Shown here: in pieces, positions 8,787-18,522 of the stretch
How positions within the stretch are numbered: the first letter of the stretch is position 1
How the letters are laid out: every line of letters starts with the position of its first letter
NCBI GenBank assembly: GCA_036339875.1
Contig: JAYZAC010000187.1
Span: 1 to 24,487, forward strand
Reading direction: 5' to 3'
Source of the DNA: a bacterium
GTDB taxonomy: Bacteria; Muiribacteriota; UBA6191
Length of the DNA stretch: 24,487 bases
Translations under genes and position numbers: made by a program
Notes under the pieces: generated by a model
Told to the model about the DNA's origin: nothing
Seen by the model: only the letters and a program-made list of their open reading frames with translations
The model's database searches: none

Positions 8787-9458
8787 ATGAATCATAGCGA
8801 GCGGATAAAAGCAGTTGAACAAATCTTAAATTACCGTTTTTTAAATAGGCAATATCTCATTGAAGCTCTTGTTCATAAATCCTATGCGACCCAATTTCAG
8901 TTGGGGTTTAATTACGAGAGATTGGAGTTTTTGGGCGATTCATTATTGCAAATGTTTGTAACGGAATTGCTTTACCGTGATCGCCAGACCGATCAAGGTC
9001 AGCTTACAAGATTGAGAGCTCATATGGTCAGTCGCATTACTTTGGCAGGTCTTGTGAGGGATATGGATCTTGAGCCCTATGTCTTGGTTCAACAAAATTT
9101 AAGAGATGATAAAGGTTTCATCTCGGGAGATTTTTTGGGCGACTTTTTTGAATCACTACTCGCAGCTTTGTATTTGGATGGTGGTGTCGAAGCGAGTAGT
9201 ACTTTTTTAAGTAGCAAGTTTTCAAATATATCTATTTTTGAGGATTACATTGACTATAAATCTCGTCTGCAAGAATTTTCTTTGAAGGCTACAAAACAAT
9301 TACCAGTTTATGATACAATTTTAGACGTTGAAGGTTATTTGGCAGTAGTACGGGTTTCCGGTAGCCTTGAGGTTTCTGGGAAAGGCTCCAGTAAGAAAAA
9401 GGCAGAGCAAATGGCAGCCAAGCAGGCACTCGAAGTCCTAGTCGCAGCATCGGAGTAG
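8787..9458 (+). CDS. rnc: Ribonuclease III
   Basis: NYERLEFLGD signature, GDFFESLLAALYLD, C-terminal dsRBD (DYKSRLQE...GSSKKKAEQMAA). Confidence 0.95.
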   Translation: MNHSERIKAVEQILNYRFLNRQYLIEALVHKSYATQFQLGFNYERLEFLGDSLLQMFVTELLYRDRQTDQGQLTRLRAHMVSRITLAGLVRDMDLEPYVLVQQNLRDDKGFISGDFLGDFFESLLAALYLDGGVEASSTFLSSKFSNISIFEDYIDYKSRLQEFSLKATKQLPVYDTILDVEGYLAVVRVSGSLEVSGKGSSKKKAEQMAAKQALEVLVAASE

Positions 9459-9462
9459 CTTC

Positions 9463-9726
9463 ATGGAAGTATTAAAAGTTTCATCGCGTTCACAGTCGAA
9501 AGCAGTGGCCGGCGCTATGTCTCTTATTTTAGAAAAAGATGCAGAAGTCACGATTCAAGCAATTGGGGCTGGGGCAGTCAATCAAGCCGTTAAAGCAATT
9601 GCAATTGCTCGCGGTTTTCTTTCTCCCAAAGGTATTGATATTTATATTCAAGTTTCGTTTGTCGAGCTGAGTATTGATGACAAAGAGCGTACTGGGATCA
9701 AATTCTTAGTGCTGACTAAAAAATAG
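9463..9726 (+). CDS. spoVS: SpoVS-family protein (Alba-like fold)
   Basis: MEVLKVSS...AVAGA...QAIGAGAVNQAVKAIAIARGF...ERTGIKF. Confidence 0.93.
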   Translation: MEVLKVSSRSQSKAVAGAMSLILEKDAEVTIQAIGAGAVNQAVKAIAIARGFLSPKGIDIYIQVSFVELSIDDKERTGIKFLVLTKK

Positions 9727-9731
9727 AAGTT

Positions 9732-12095
9732 TTGATATTTGATCCACGAGACGTAATTGAAGCTAATCGTAATGCCATTCAGGTAAATCCTGAAGATTTC
9801 TTTGCCTACTACAACCTAGCTCGAGCTTATCAGTACCAGGGTGATTTTCAAGAGGCGGCACTTGCCTTGCAGAAAGCAGTTTTATTGAATCCGACAGACC
9901 CTTATGGGCAGCATAGTTTAGGGGAAATTTTTTTAAGGCTCGATCAATCCGAAGAGGCGCGTTTATGTTTTTTAAGAGCTTTAGCTCAGAATACAGATTT
10001 TTTACCAGCTTACTTTAGTTTAGCGAGGCTTTTGATCCGACAAGGTCAACTAGAAGAATCCATTCCGAAGCTTAAAAAAGTAATTCAACTTCAGCCTAGA
10101 TTTCATCAGGCATATAAATATCTTGCCGAGGTCTACTTCGTTATAAAATTCTTCAGAGAAGCTTTTGAGGCAATTTCAAAGGCAGTTGAGTTGGTGCCTG
10201 GAAATTTTTTCTATCAGAGATTGAAAGGTCAGATTTGTATAGAACTTGGAGAGTTGGAGCTTGCAAAGTCTAGCTTTCGAAAGGCGAATAATTTGAATCT
10301 TGAGGATCGTTATTCCCTAATGAAGTATGCACACTTATTGTTTGATTCGGGCGAATGGCTACCGTGCTTGAGAAGCGTAAATCAGGTTTTAGAGATTGAG
10401 CCATTGGATGTAAATGCATTGATGTTAATTGGTCGTTGTCATCTCAAACTTGCAGAGGAGCAAGAAGCTTTCGATGCTTTTTCTAAAGTTCAAAGAGTTG
10501 ATCCTTTGTGTGAAGAAGTTAATTTGTATTTGGCCGAGATCTTTTGCCGATATGAAAATTGGTCCGAGGTACAACGTTATTTGGGTCTTGTACCAGTTCG
10601 ATTCAAGAAATCTGTCATTTATGTTAAATGTCTTGCTTCGTTAGCAAGATCACAAGGAAATCTCGATTTAGCTCGAAAAAATTTTGAAAATTTACTTATT
10701 CATCCCGAATTAGAGCCAAACTTCATCTTGCAATTAGCGGGAGTATATCGAGATGAGGCTAAAGCGAGAGAAGCTTATGCTGTTCTTGAAGACGGAATTC
10801 AGAAATTTGGAGAGAGGTATGATTTCATCGAGATGATGGCTCAATTGATGGATCAGATAGGAGATCATGAGAGAGCTGATGAGCTTATTCGAAGATTATC
10901 TGAATTAGAACCCAGTGAAGATCAAATCAAAAAACCTGAACTTATTACTTCAAGTTATCAAGCTACAAAACAGGCTCGGATCAAAGAATTGAATAGTCTT
11001 CTAAAAGTTGAGCCAGACAATTTAGAAATAAATATTCAGTTAGGCGATTTGTATTTTGAACTTGGAGAGCTGGAAAAAGCTTCGAGTCAATGGAAGATGG
11101 CGCATGCAAATGATCCCAAATGTATCGAAGTTCTGATTCGTCTGGCAGAGATTGAACGTCAAAAAGGTAATATGAGTAATTCTCTTAATCATCTGAAGGA
11201 TGCTCAAATTTTGGCGCCTGATGATTTAGATTTATATATAAGCGAGTCTCGTCTGCTTTTCGAGACCGGTCAATTGGTCGAAGCTCGAGAATTATTAATG
11301 CAAGTTCGTAATAGTTTTCCTGAAGAGGTTCTTCCTCTCTTATTTTTGTTACGAATTGCTCGTTTTGAGGATGATCAAGATGAAATGTTATTGCTAAGTA
11401 ATGAACTTATGCAACTAGACCCAAGTCATTATTATGCTTGCTTAGTATTGGGTATTCTAGCTCTCAAGAAAGACGATATAGTTCAGGCGGATGATTATTT
11501 TGCTAAGGCGATCGAGTCAAGTGGAGGTAATGATAAAGAACCTATTTACTACTTAGGAATAGTGAAAAAGATACAAGGTGATTTACGTTATGCCTACAAA
11601 TGTTTCAATCGTGTATTGGAGTTATATCCAGAGGATGCATATGCTCACTATCATATAGGCTTGATTTTAAAGTTACGTGGTAATTATGTTATGGCTGAAA
11701 AGCATTTATTGCGCGCACGAGATTTAGATCCTGAAGACCTGTTTACTCGCCAGCACTTGGCTATGCTTTATTACGATCAACATAATTGGCAATCATGTTT
11801 AGAAGAATTATTAGATGCATTAACTTTGGATGAGTATGATTTCGTTACGAATCTTTATCTGGGGCAAGCGTTCTATGAAAAGAAAAGTTTTGAAAAATCT
11901 GTTTTGTATTTGAGGAGAGCTCAAGATGCAAATCCAGCAGATCCAAATGTACATTATCACCTAGCTCTAGCCTATCTTGAGTTAAAGCAAAATAAAAATG
12001 CTGAAATTAGCCTAGAAAAGGGTCTTCCTTTGTGTCCAAGAGATAGTAATCTTTACCTTTATTCAAAAGAATTGTTGAGTCGTTTACGTACCTAG
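9732..12095 (+). CDS. Large tetratricopeptide-repeat protein
   Basis: TTG start. Many 34-aa TPR-like units (e.g. AYYNLARAYQYQGDFQEAALALQKAVLLNP, AHYHIGLILKLRGNYVMAEKHLLRARDLDP). No signal peptide or catalytic domain seen. Confidence 0.88.
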   Translation: MIFDPRDVIEANRNAIQVNPEDFFAYYNLARAYQYQGDFQEAALALQKAVLLNPTDPYGQHSLGEIFLRLDQSEEARLCFLRALAQNTDFLPAYFSLARLLIRQGQLEESIPKLKKVIQLQPRFHQAYKYLAEVYFVIKFFREAFEAISKAVELVPGNFFYQRLKGQICIELGELELAKSSFRKANNLNLEDRYSLMKYAHLLFDSGEWLPCLRSVNQVLEIEPLDVNALMLIGRCHLKLAEEQEAFDAFSKVQRVDPLCEEVNLYLAEIFCRYENWSEVQRYLGLVPVRFKKSVIYVKCLASLARSQGNLDLARKNFENLLIHPELEPNFILQLAGVYRDEAKAREAYAVLEDGIQKFGERYDFIEMMAQLMDQIGDHERADELIRRLSELEPSEDQIKKPELITSSYQATKQARIKELNSLLKVEPDNLEINIQLGDLYFELGELEKASSQWKMAHANDPKCIEVLIRLAEIERQKGNMSNSLNHLKDAQILAPDDLDLYISESRLLFETGQLVEARELLMQVRNSFPEEVLPLLFLLRIARFEDDQDEMLLLSNELMQLDPSHYYACLVLGILALKKDDIVQADDYFAKAIESSGGNDKEPIYYLGIVKKIQGDLRYAYKCFNRVLELYPEDAYAHYHIGLILKLRGNYVMAEKHLLRARDLDPEDLFTRQHLAMLYYDQHNWQSCLEELLDALTLDEYDFVTNLYLGQAFYEKKSFEKSVLYLRRAQDANPADPNVHYHLALAYLELKQNKNAEISLEKGLPLCPRDSNLYLYSKELLSRLRT

Positions 12096-12173
12096 AAGAA
12101 TAAACAAAAATCATCGATATTTCTATTACATCCGGTATTCTACGGCACTTAAATTATTGTGATTCAATCTAAT

Positions 12174-12629
12174 TTAAATCCTTAGTTTTTTTATACCATT
12201 TATTTGATGAAGTAGTTTTTCGATTGAGTCAAATAACTTCAACATTGAGTGGCTAGTATTGTTGAATTTTAATATATCACTTTCATTTGCGAGTCTTATT
12301 AGATTTTGTAGTTTCAAGGATTGCTTGGTAACGAGTTGGGCTATCTCTAGTCGAATCGTCGAGTCATTTGTAGACGTATTTTCTAGCTGTTCAAAAATTT
12401 CTGCCGACGGCATCCTATGTTTAAGCACATACTTCAATGCCTCTGTATATACTGATTTTGGATGGCTCGATTTTAATAAAAGTTTACATTTTTTGAGATT
12501 ATCTATATAAGTTTTTCTGGCTACTTTAATCTGACTATCATTATGTAAATTTAAATCCGGAGTATTAGATCTAGCAAAACAATTATGAGTTTGACTGATA
12601 ATCAGTAAGTAGGTAAGTAAATTTTTCAT
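12174..12629 (-). CDS. Hypothetical, probably exported helical protein
   Basis: 151-aa ORF filling the gap between the TPR gene and hit; N-terminus MKNLLTYLLIISQTHNCFA is signal-peptide-like. Confidence 0.6.
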   Translation of the reverse strand: MKNLLTYLLIISQTHNCFARSNTPDLNLHNDSQIKVARKTYIDNLKKCKLLLKSSHPKSVYTEALKYVLKHRMPSAEIFEQLENTSTNDSTIRLEIAQLVTKQSLKLQNLIRLANESDILKFNNTSHSMLKLFDSIEKLLHQINGIKKLRI

Positions 12630-12746
12630 GATATTCTAAATCGGAGAATAGGTTAATCAATTAAACAATTGATTAGAAAACGAGATCGTTTTTGTGTTTA
12701 AATCCTGTAGAATGTTTTAACCTATATTTGTTACTGGAGATAAGTG

Positions 12747-13088
12747 ATGACAGAGTGTTTATTCTGTAGAATCGTCAGCGGTGAGATCCCTGCTTCAAAG
12801 GTGTTTGAAAATGATAATGTTCTTGGATTTAAGGATATTAATCCAGTTGCACCCGTCCATCTTCTATTTATTCCAAAAATTCATGTTGAAAATTTTTTTG
12901 AAGCATCCCAGCATGAAGGGTTAATCGAAGAGATTTTTCAGGGGATTGCCACTTACTTAAGTGATAACAATTTATCTAAAGATCATTACAGGCTAGTTAG
13001 TAATATGGGTGAGCGCGCTGGCCAGAGCGTATTTCACCTTCACTTTCATCTTATTGGAGATCGGCCCTTAAATTGGCCACCAGGTTAA
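12747..13088 (+). CDS. hinT: Histidine triad nucleotide-binding (HinT/Hit) protein
   Basis: CLFCRIVSGEIP, DINPVAPVH, GQSVFHLHFHLIG, WPPG. ATG at 12747 (GTG at 12744 alternative) after GGAG. Confidence 0.93.
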   Translation: MTECLFCRIVSGEIPASKVFENDNVLGFKDINPVAPVHLLFIPKIHVENFFEASQHEGLIEEIFQGIATYLSDNNLSKDHYRLVSNMGERAGQSVFHLHFHLIGDRPLNWPPG

Positions 13089-13091
13089 TAT

Positions 13092-14366
13092 ATGTCCTCA
13101 AATATTAATCCTCGTAGGCGTATTCTTAAAGGGCTTCAGAAAGTACTTTATAAGGGGCTTAGTCGCGAGGAAGTACTCGAGTCTATTCTTAAGGATTTGC
13201 CAAATGATTATTGTTCCAAGTGGACAGCTTTATTTTATGGATGCTTGAGAAGTTACAATTATTTGATGCCTTGGTTGGAACAGGTACGTCTTAGTAGCGG
13301 AAAGTCAAAAAAGCTTCCTAAAGAGGTACAGTTGATTTTACTGATGGCTGCACATCAATTTAAATTAATGAGTTCCTTTCCCTCTTATGCGGTTGTTCAA
13401 GAAAGTCTGAAGCTTATTCCGAGACAATTTTCTTCTTTAAAGAAGTATATTGGTTTCATTCTTAGAGAAATTGAGCGTTCTGATGTGCCAATTTCTTATG
13501 AAATTAAATTGCCAGAGTGGTTACTGAATCATTTTCCAAAACATCTTCGAGTAGATCTTATTGATGAGTTTTGTCAGCGTATAATCGAAGAGCCTTCTTC
13601 AGCTTTATACACTAAAAGCCCGATCAGCTCAGATGCCTTTAATGCAGTGGGTCCAAATATTTATACTTTTGAAAATCTAAATAAAGAACAGAGGCTTGGG
13701 ATGATAGAAAAAGGAGCTGTGTTCGGAGAATTATTGTCTATAAGTATGCCTCTACGTTTTACAGGTCAGCCCCAAAATTATTTAGATCTATGTTCTGCAC
13801 CCGGTACTAAACTTAGTGTTGCTTTACAAACTTTTCCGCATGCTAAGTTGTGGGCGGTTGAAAAAGATTCGTCAAGGTATAGTGATACTCTCAAGCGTTT
13901 AAAATCTAATCCAGCGACAAGTGAGGAAATTCACAGACTCAATTTTGTTAATGCTGATGCAATGGAATGGATGGAGCAAATTACACGAGAATCAATGGAT
14001 TTCATTCTTCTTGACGCACCTTGCTCCGCTCTAGGTACGATATTAAATCATCCTGAATTTTTAACTCTTAAGGAATCTCAATCATTTGACTACTTATCTG
14101 ATTTGCAGTTTAAGCTATTATCCAAGGCGCTGTTTTTACTTAAACCCGGTGGTCAATTAATATACAGTGTGTGTACATTCCGAATAGAGGAGTGTGAAAT
14201 GATTATAAAGAGATGTTCTGAGCAATTTAAGAATATACATTTGGTTGATGATAGTTCTATTTTAGGGGAGAAAGTATTTAAGGCTAATTACGGCCAATAT
14301 ATTTGGGGGGCTCGCGGTAGGGCCAATCAGTTATTTTATTTTCAGAGAATAGTGAAGGAAAAATGA
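13092..14366 (+). CDS. rsmB: RsmB/Sun-family RNA m5C methyltransferase (divergent, NusB-like N-terminus)
   Basis: LDLCSAPGTK, LLDAPCS and YSVCT motifs with both Cys retained; synteny with PASTA gene and rpe. Confidence 0.8.
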   Translation: MSSNINPRRRILKGLQKVLYKGLSREEVLESILKDLPNDYCSKWTALFYGCLRSYNYLMPWLEQVRLSSGKSKKLPKEVQLILLMAAHQFKLMSSFPSYAVVQESLKLIPRQFSSLKKYIGFILREIERSDVPISYEIKLPEWLLNHFPKHLRVDLIDEFCQRIIEEPSSALYTKSPISSDAFNAVGPNIYTFENLNKEQRLGMIEKGAVFGELLSISMPLRFTGQPQNYLDLCSAPGTKLSVALQTFPHAKLWAVEKDSSRYSDTLKRLKSNPATSEEIHRLNFVNADAMEWMEQITRESMDFILLDAPCSALGTILNHPEFLTLKESQSFDYLSDLQFKLLSKALFLLKPGGQLIYSVCTFRIEECEMIIKRCSEQFKNIHLVDDSSILGEKVFKANYGQYIWGARGRANQLFYFQRIVKEK

Positions 14367-15355
14367 TTAAGCTTTGGAAATTACTACGTGGTCTTGTTTT
14401 GTTTTTTTTGCTTTTGTGTAGTTTTGCGGTTGGCGTCTGGTTAATGTGGATCGCGCTAGTGGATGTGTTTCATGGTAAATCTATTCTTGTACCGGAATAT
14501 AGAGGGATCGCATTAAGTAATGCATTAGAACAGAAACCCGCTGGATTAGAATTTAAAGTCGTTGAGCAGAAAGAAAGTCGACGAGCACCGGCCGGAGTAA
14601 TTATTGATCAGAAGCCAGAGCCAGGTAGCGTAGTAAAGCGTGGTAGAGATATACAGCTAACTCTTTCTCTCGGAGCCTCGAAGAGCCCAATGGTTAGGGT
14701 TATTGGTTTAGATCTGAGGAGAGCTGGTCTGGAATTACGTCGAGCTGGATTTCGTGTTGGACGATTAAGCTATTTAGAAGGCCCTACATCAAATGAGGGA
14801 AAAGTTCTTGCTCAGGAACCTTTAGAGGGGAGTTTAGCTGGTAGAGAGACAAGGGTATCTTTATTAATTGGGTCTCAATTAGATAAGGCGAGAAGGATTC
14901 CCAATTTTAGAGGTCTTAGTTTGCAGCAGGCAACAGATTTATCTGTTCGTGAAAATTGGGAATTAGGAGAGTTGGAAGAGAAGTGGGATCCTCAAAAACC
15001 TGAGGGTATAGTACTAAATCAAGAGCCAGTACCAGGATTAGAATGGATTTTCGTACAAAAAAGCGCTAAAATGAGCAAAATACGTCTGGTTGTGAATCGT
15101 AAACAGCAAGTTTCTGGTGAATCAAGTCAGGTTTCAAGATGGCAAAGAGTCGAGATAAAAATGCCGCCTGGTTTGTCGCCACGGGAGTTGAGGGTCGAGC
15201 AAGTAGATGGAGATGGTGTTTATGAAATCTATAGGAAAACCCATTTACCTGAAGCTATTGTAACGCTTGACGTGCAGTCTCGAAAGAATGGAGTTTTGAA
15301 TTTGTACATAGAGAACCTTTTTTATCGTCGATTACAGTTAGATGAGGGGATGTAA
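14363..15355 (+). CDS. Membrane-anchored PASTA-domain protein (3 PASTA repeats plus beta-rich C-terminal domain)
   Basis: N-terminal TM helix. Repeats VPEYRG...GVIIDQKPEPG, MVRVIG...GKVLAQEPLEG, IPNFRG...GIVLNQEPVPG. Confidence 0.88.
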   Translation: MIKLWKLLRGLVLFFLLLCSFAVGVWLMWIALVDVFHGKSILVPEYRGIALSNALEQKPAGLEFKVVEQKESRRAPAGVIIDQKPEPGSVVKRGRDIQLTLSLGASKSPMVRVIGLDLRRAGLELRRAGFRVGRLSYLEGPTSNEGKVLAQEPLEGSLAGRETRVSLLIGSQLDKARRIPNFRGLSLQQATDLSVRENWELGELEEKWDPQKPEGIVLNQEPVPGLEWIFVQKSAKMSKIRLVVNRKQQVSGESSQVSRWQRVEIKMPPGLSPRELRVEQVDGDGVYEIYRKTHLPEAIVTLDVQSRKNGVLNLYIENLFYRRLQLDEGM

Positions 15356-15358
15356 ACT

Positions 15359-16438
15359 GTGTCAGCTATGTTGGATGAAGTGGCTTTGGAGTCCTCATTT
15401 CGGTTTGAGCCGATTCTAGATCTTACGGAAAAAAATTTTTTAATCAAAGGTCGATACAGGATTCTTAAGCTGTACTTTGAAACCACACGTACTAATATTT
15501 TTTTAGGTGTAGATGTGAAACTTCGTAGGCAAGTTTTTGTACATGTTGTCAAAAATCAATTCTTTCAGCGGGGAAAAGAACTCAAATCGTGGATTCAAAG
15601 TATTCGTACCACTAAGAAAATCAAAGCAGGTGTACATCATTTCGAGATTTTAGATATGGATCTTTGGAAGAAAAAGTTTTTCATTGTGACTGATCATTTC
15701 GAAGGTGTTCCATTGTTCAATTTATTGATATCAAAAATGGAGTTACCGTTAGAATTTATTTTGAAAGTTCTCGAGAATATTTGTGATTTAATGTTGCTTG
15801 CACGAGACCAAGGTCTGGGCCAGCATCTAGTAAGTCGCGAGGATTTCTTCATTGGTCGTGATGGCTCAATTCATTTGTTAAGGTTTACTCCTCCTCGTTT
15901 CAAGCTAGATGCTTCTTCTGAGGAAGGCGCGATATATTTTTTAGGTTCGTTGCTTTATGAATTACTTAGTTCTGAAAAACCTTTCAAGGGACGTAGGGAC
16001 ACTGTCGAAATGGAGCATGCACATTTAGAGGCTGTATTAAAAGTCCGATCTAATCAGACCCAATCAAACATTTTTAATCAAATTTGTGAGCTTTTTGTTC
16101 GATCAGCCTCGTCAGCTGTCGAAAACAAGATAAATAACTTGGAACTATGGCGAGATTTCGTTCAGCGTTTGGGTATTCAGGCACAGAAGCTTCAAGAGGA
16201 TTATGACCAAAAGATTGAAAAAGAGCAGCTTAATTCCGCTTTTGATGTCGTTTATGCTCTTAAGGGTGAACCTGAGGAGCTCACTAAGAAAGAGGAAGTT
16301 ATACCTCAAGATAAGTTCTCTAGGGTTTGGTATGGATTGGAAAGTGGTTCGAAAGTATCTAATTTTGAGATGTGGTTTCGATGGATCGCTGTCACCACAA
16401 TTATTATTTCCTTTCTTTATAAATTTTATTGGTCTTGA
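15359..16438 (+). CDS. Hanks-type Ser/Thr kinase-like protein with degenerate catalytic motifs (pseudokinase) and C-terminal TM
   Basis: GTG start after GAGGGGA. LIKGRYRILK...GVDVKLRRQVFVHVV, FFIVTDHFEGVPL and IYFLGSLLYELLSSEKPFKG align by eye to PknB subdomains; hydrophobic tail WIAVTTIIISFLYKFYWS. Confidence 0.78.
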   Translation: MSAMLDEVALESSFRFEPILDLTEKNFLIKGRYRILKLYFETTRTNIFLGVDVKLRRQVFVHVVKNQFFQRGKELKSWIQSIRTTKKIKAGVHHFEILDMDLWKKKFFIVTDHFEGVPLFNLLISKMELPLEFILKVLENICDLMLLARDQGLGQHLVSREDFFIGRDGSIHLLRFTPPRFKLDASSEEGAIYFLGSLLYELLSSEKPFKGRRDTVEMEHAHLEAVLKVRSNQTQSNIFNQICELFVRSASSAVENKINNLELWRDFVQRLGIQAQKLQEDYDQKIEKEQLNSAFDVVYALKGEPEELTKKEEVIPQDKFSRVWYGLESGSKVSNFEMWFRWIAVTTIIISFLYKFYWS

Positions 16439-16480
16439 TCTAAAATCTAGTCGATTCTTTTCATTTTTTAGGAGGCTAGT

Positions 16481-17134
16481 ATGAAGATTGCTCCGTCAAT
16501 ATTGACGATTGATTATCTTAATATTCAAGAACAGCTCGAGATTTTGATGGATGAGGGTATTGATATCCTTCATCTAGATGTGATGGATGGTGTTTTTGTT
16601 CCTAATTTAAGCTTTGGACCAGCACTTATTAAATCTATTGCTAAGCAATTCAGTGGCTTATTGGAAGCTCATCTGATGATTAAACAGCCTGAAAATAGTG
16701 TCCAAAGTTATATTGACGCAGGCTGTAAAAGAATTATTTTTCATCCAGAAAGTACAGTTCATTCCCATAGGCTTTGTCAGCAAATTAAGTCGCAAGGTTG
16801 TGAAGTTGGACTGGTTCTTAATCCGGCGACATCATTGAATGAGTTGGATTATTTAATCGATGAATTAGACTTGGTTTTGTTAATGACGGTAAACCCCGGT
16901 TTTGGTGGTCAGTCCTATATTCAATCAATGAATAGAAAAATTGAGGCCCTTGTCCGAAAACGGAGTGAATTTGGTCGAGAGAAAGATTTGCTGATAGAAG
17001 TTGATGGTGGAGTGAAATCGGACTCTCTAAGATCACTATCTTCGCTCGGGGTTGACTTAGTGGTTGTCGGATCAGGTGTTTTTAATACTAGGCCTGTTCG
17101 AGAAAATCTTAGAATTTTGAAGGATAAGTTATGA
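16481..17134 (+). CDS. rpe: Ribulose-phosphate 3-epimerase
   Basis: IAPSIL, LHLDVMDGVFVPN, HLM, MTVNPGFGGQ, IEVDGG; SD AGGAGG. Confidence 0.97.
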   Translation: MKIAPSILTIDYLNIQEQLEILMDEGIDILHLDVMDGVFVPNLSFGPALIKSIAKQFSGLLEAHLMIKQPENSVQSYIDAGCKRIIFHPESTVHSHRLCQQIKSQGCEVGLVLNPATSLNELDYLIDELDLVLLMTVNPGFGGQSYIQSMNRKIEALVRKRSEFGREKDLLIEVDGGVKSDSLRSLSSLGVDLVVVGSGVFNTRPVRENLRILKDKL

Positions 17135-18369
17135 AAGTACGACGTAATACCTTGAGGTTATTGAAGCATTACTATAAAACCGAGAATTCAGAAGCACTTC
17201 TAAGATCGTCATCAAAATTACAGGTTCAAAGTCCAAACTCAATAGTTGCTCGCGCTTACACTGCTCGGGCGCTATTTATGACTTCTAAATATAATCAGGC
17301 TGCAGAAATATTTGAAAGCATAATCATACCCTTTCCTCGCTTGAAAAAGTTATATGTAGAATATTTAGAATCATTATGGCTTAGTGGGCAGCGCAGTATT
17401 TATGAGGTACAGGCATTTCGTTTTTTTGAATATCATTTTTCGGCTCAAATTTGCTATCGTCTCGGTCGTTTAATGGTCACCCAGCAGAGGTGGAGAAAAG
17501 CTTTAAAGTGTTTTTTGCGTTTAAGAGCTGAAGAAGAGGGTAATCTGAGGAAGAGTGGGGAAATTAAATTAAGGGCTTCGCTTGGGAAAATCTACTATTA
17601 CTTGGGTGACTTTAAAAGTGCTACTAATGAACTAGACGGAGTGAATACCTCAATGTCTTATTATTATCTAGGAAGGATTTACGCAGATCAAAGTAGACCT
17701 GGTATGGCTTTACAGCAACTTGAAAAAATACAATCTATTGGTATGAATGAGAGTGCGTTAAGTTTGATGAGAGAGCTTCAAAAAGACTTAGGGTTACTTG
17801 ATGCAGAACAGCAGACTTTACATAAACTTTTTAGGTTGTATAACGTGCGAGAGGAGCGTTTGAAGGTTTTGGATCGCTTACTTTGGATTGCCGAAAAACG
17901 AGATGATCATAGTTCAATTTTGCAAGTTTTAAGGTTAAAGCGTGAACTCGGGGTTCATGGGATTCTAGAACTAAAAAAAGCTGCGGCAGCCTATTGGGAT
18001 CAAGATAAATATCGAGAGGCAAGTAAGGGGTATGAGAAGCTTTTGATGATCAGCCCATTTGATGAGGAAGCATTAGTTAGACTTTCGGATTATTACCGTC
18101 AGGAAGGGAACGAGAAACGCGCTTATCAAGTTCTGAAGAGCTGTTATCTTAGCGGTAAGGCAAATTCAGGTATTCAACTCGAATATGCGGAGTGTGCTCT
18201 GCTAATGGATAAAGTTAATGAAGGTCGTGACGTTCTGTTAGATATGATTGAAAAAGGTCAGGAGTCGCCTAGAGTAAATTATTTACTATGGAAAATATAT
18301 GATAATCAAGGAAAAAATAAGGCGGCTTCTTATTATAAAAAACTATTTCAAAGGTCTAAGGCGGCTTAA
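17131..18369 (+). CDS. Basic TPR-like repeat protein
   Basis: Start overlaps the rpe stop. Helical repeats (SLGKIYYYLGDFKSA, YYLGRIYADQ, YEKLLMISPFDEEALVRLSDYY). Confidence 0.72.
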   Translation: MKVRRNTLRLLKHYYKTENSEALLRSSSKLQVQSPNSIVARAYTARALFMTSKYNQAAEIFESIIIPFPRLKKLYVEYLESLWLSGQRSIYEVQAFRFFEYHFSAQICYRLGRLMVTQQRWRKALKCFLRLRAEEEGNLRKSGEIKLRASLGKIYYYLGDFKSATNELDGVNTSMSYYYLGRIYADQSRPGMALQQLEKIQSIGMNESALSLMRELQKDLGLLDAEQQTLHKLFRLYNVREERLKVLDRLLWIAEKRDDHSSILQVLRLKRELGVHGILELKKAAAAYWDQDKYREASKGYEKLLMISPFDEEALVRLSDYYRQEGNEKRAYQVLKSCYLSGKANSGIQLEYAECALLMDKVNEGRDVLLDMIEKGQESPRVNYLLWKIYDNQGKNKAASYYKKLFQRSKAA

Positions 18370-18493
18370 GCTAAATAACTTGAGTTGTATATTTGTAAAA
18401 TTTTGGATTACCTAAAAAGTAGCTTATAGTGCAGTTGAGCGCCTATTTTCTTACAAAAATCTTAAAATCAGTAAGAAAAGCGTAGTAGTCCTC

Positions 18494-18522
18494 TTGAAAT
18501 TCATTGTACTTTTGCCTAGACT
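18494..18522 (+). promoter_or_regulatory. Putative sigma70 promoter of hup
   Basis: TTGAAA (18494-18499), 17-nt spacer, TAGACT (18517-18522). Confidence 0.5.

Noticed and set aside
9463..9726. Evidence that the organism sporulates
   Set aside because: SpoVS occurs in non-sporulating lineages and no other spo genes are in the window
15359..16438. Pseudogene of pknB
   Set aside because: The ORF is intact with an SD, the full fold and a TM anchor; catalytic motifs are lost without frameshifts or stops, which fits a pseudoenzyme better
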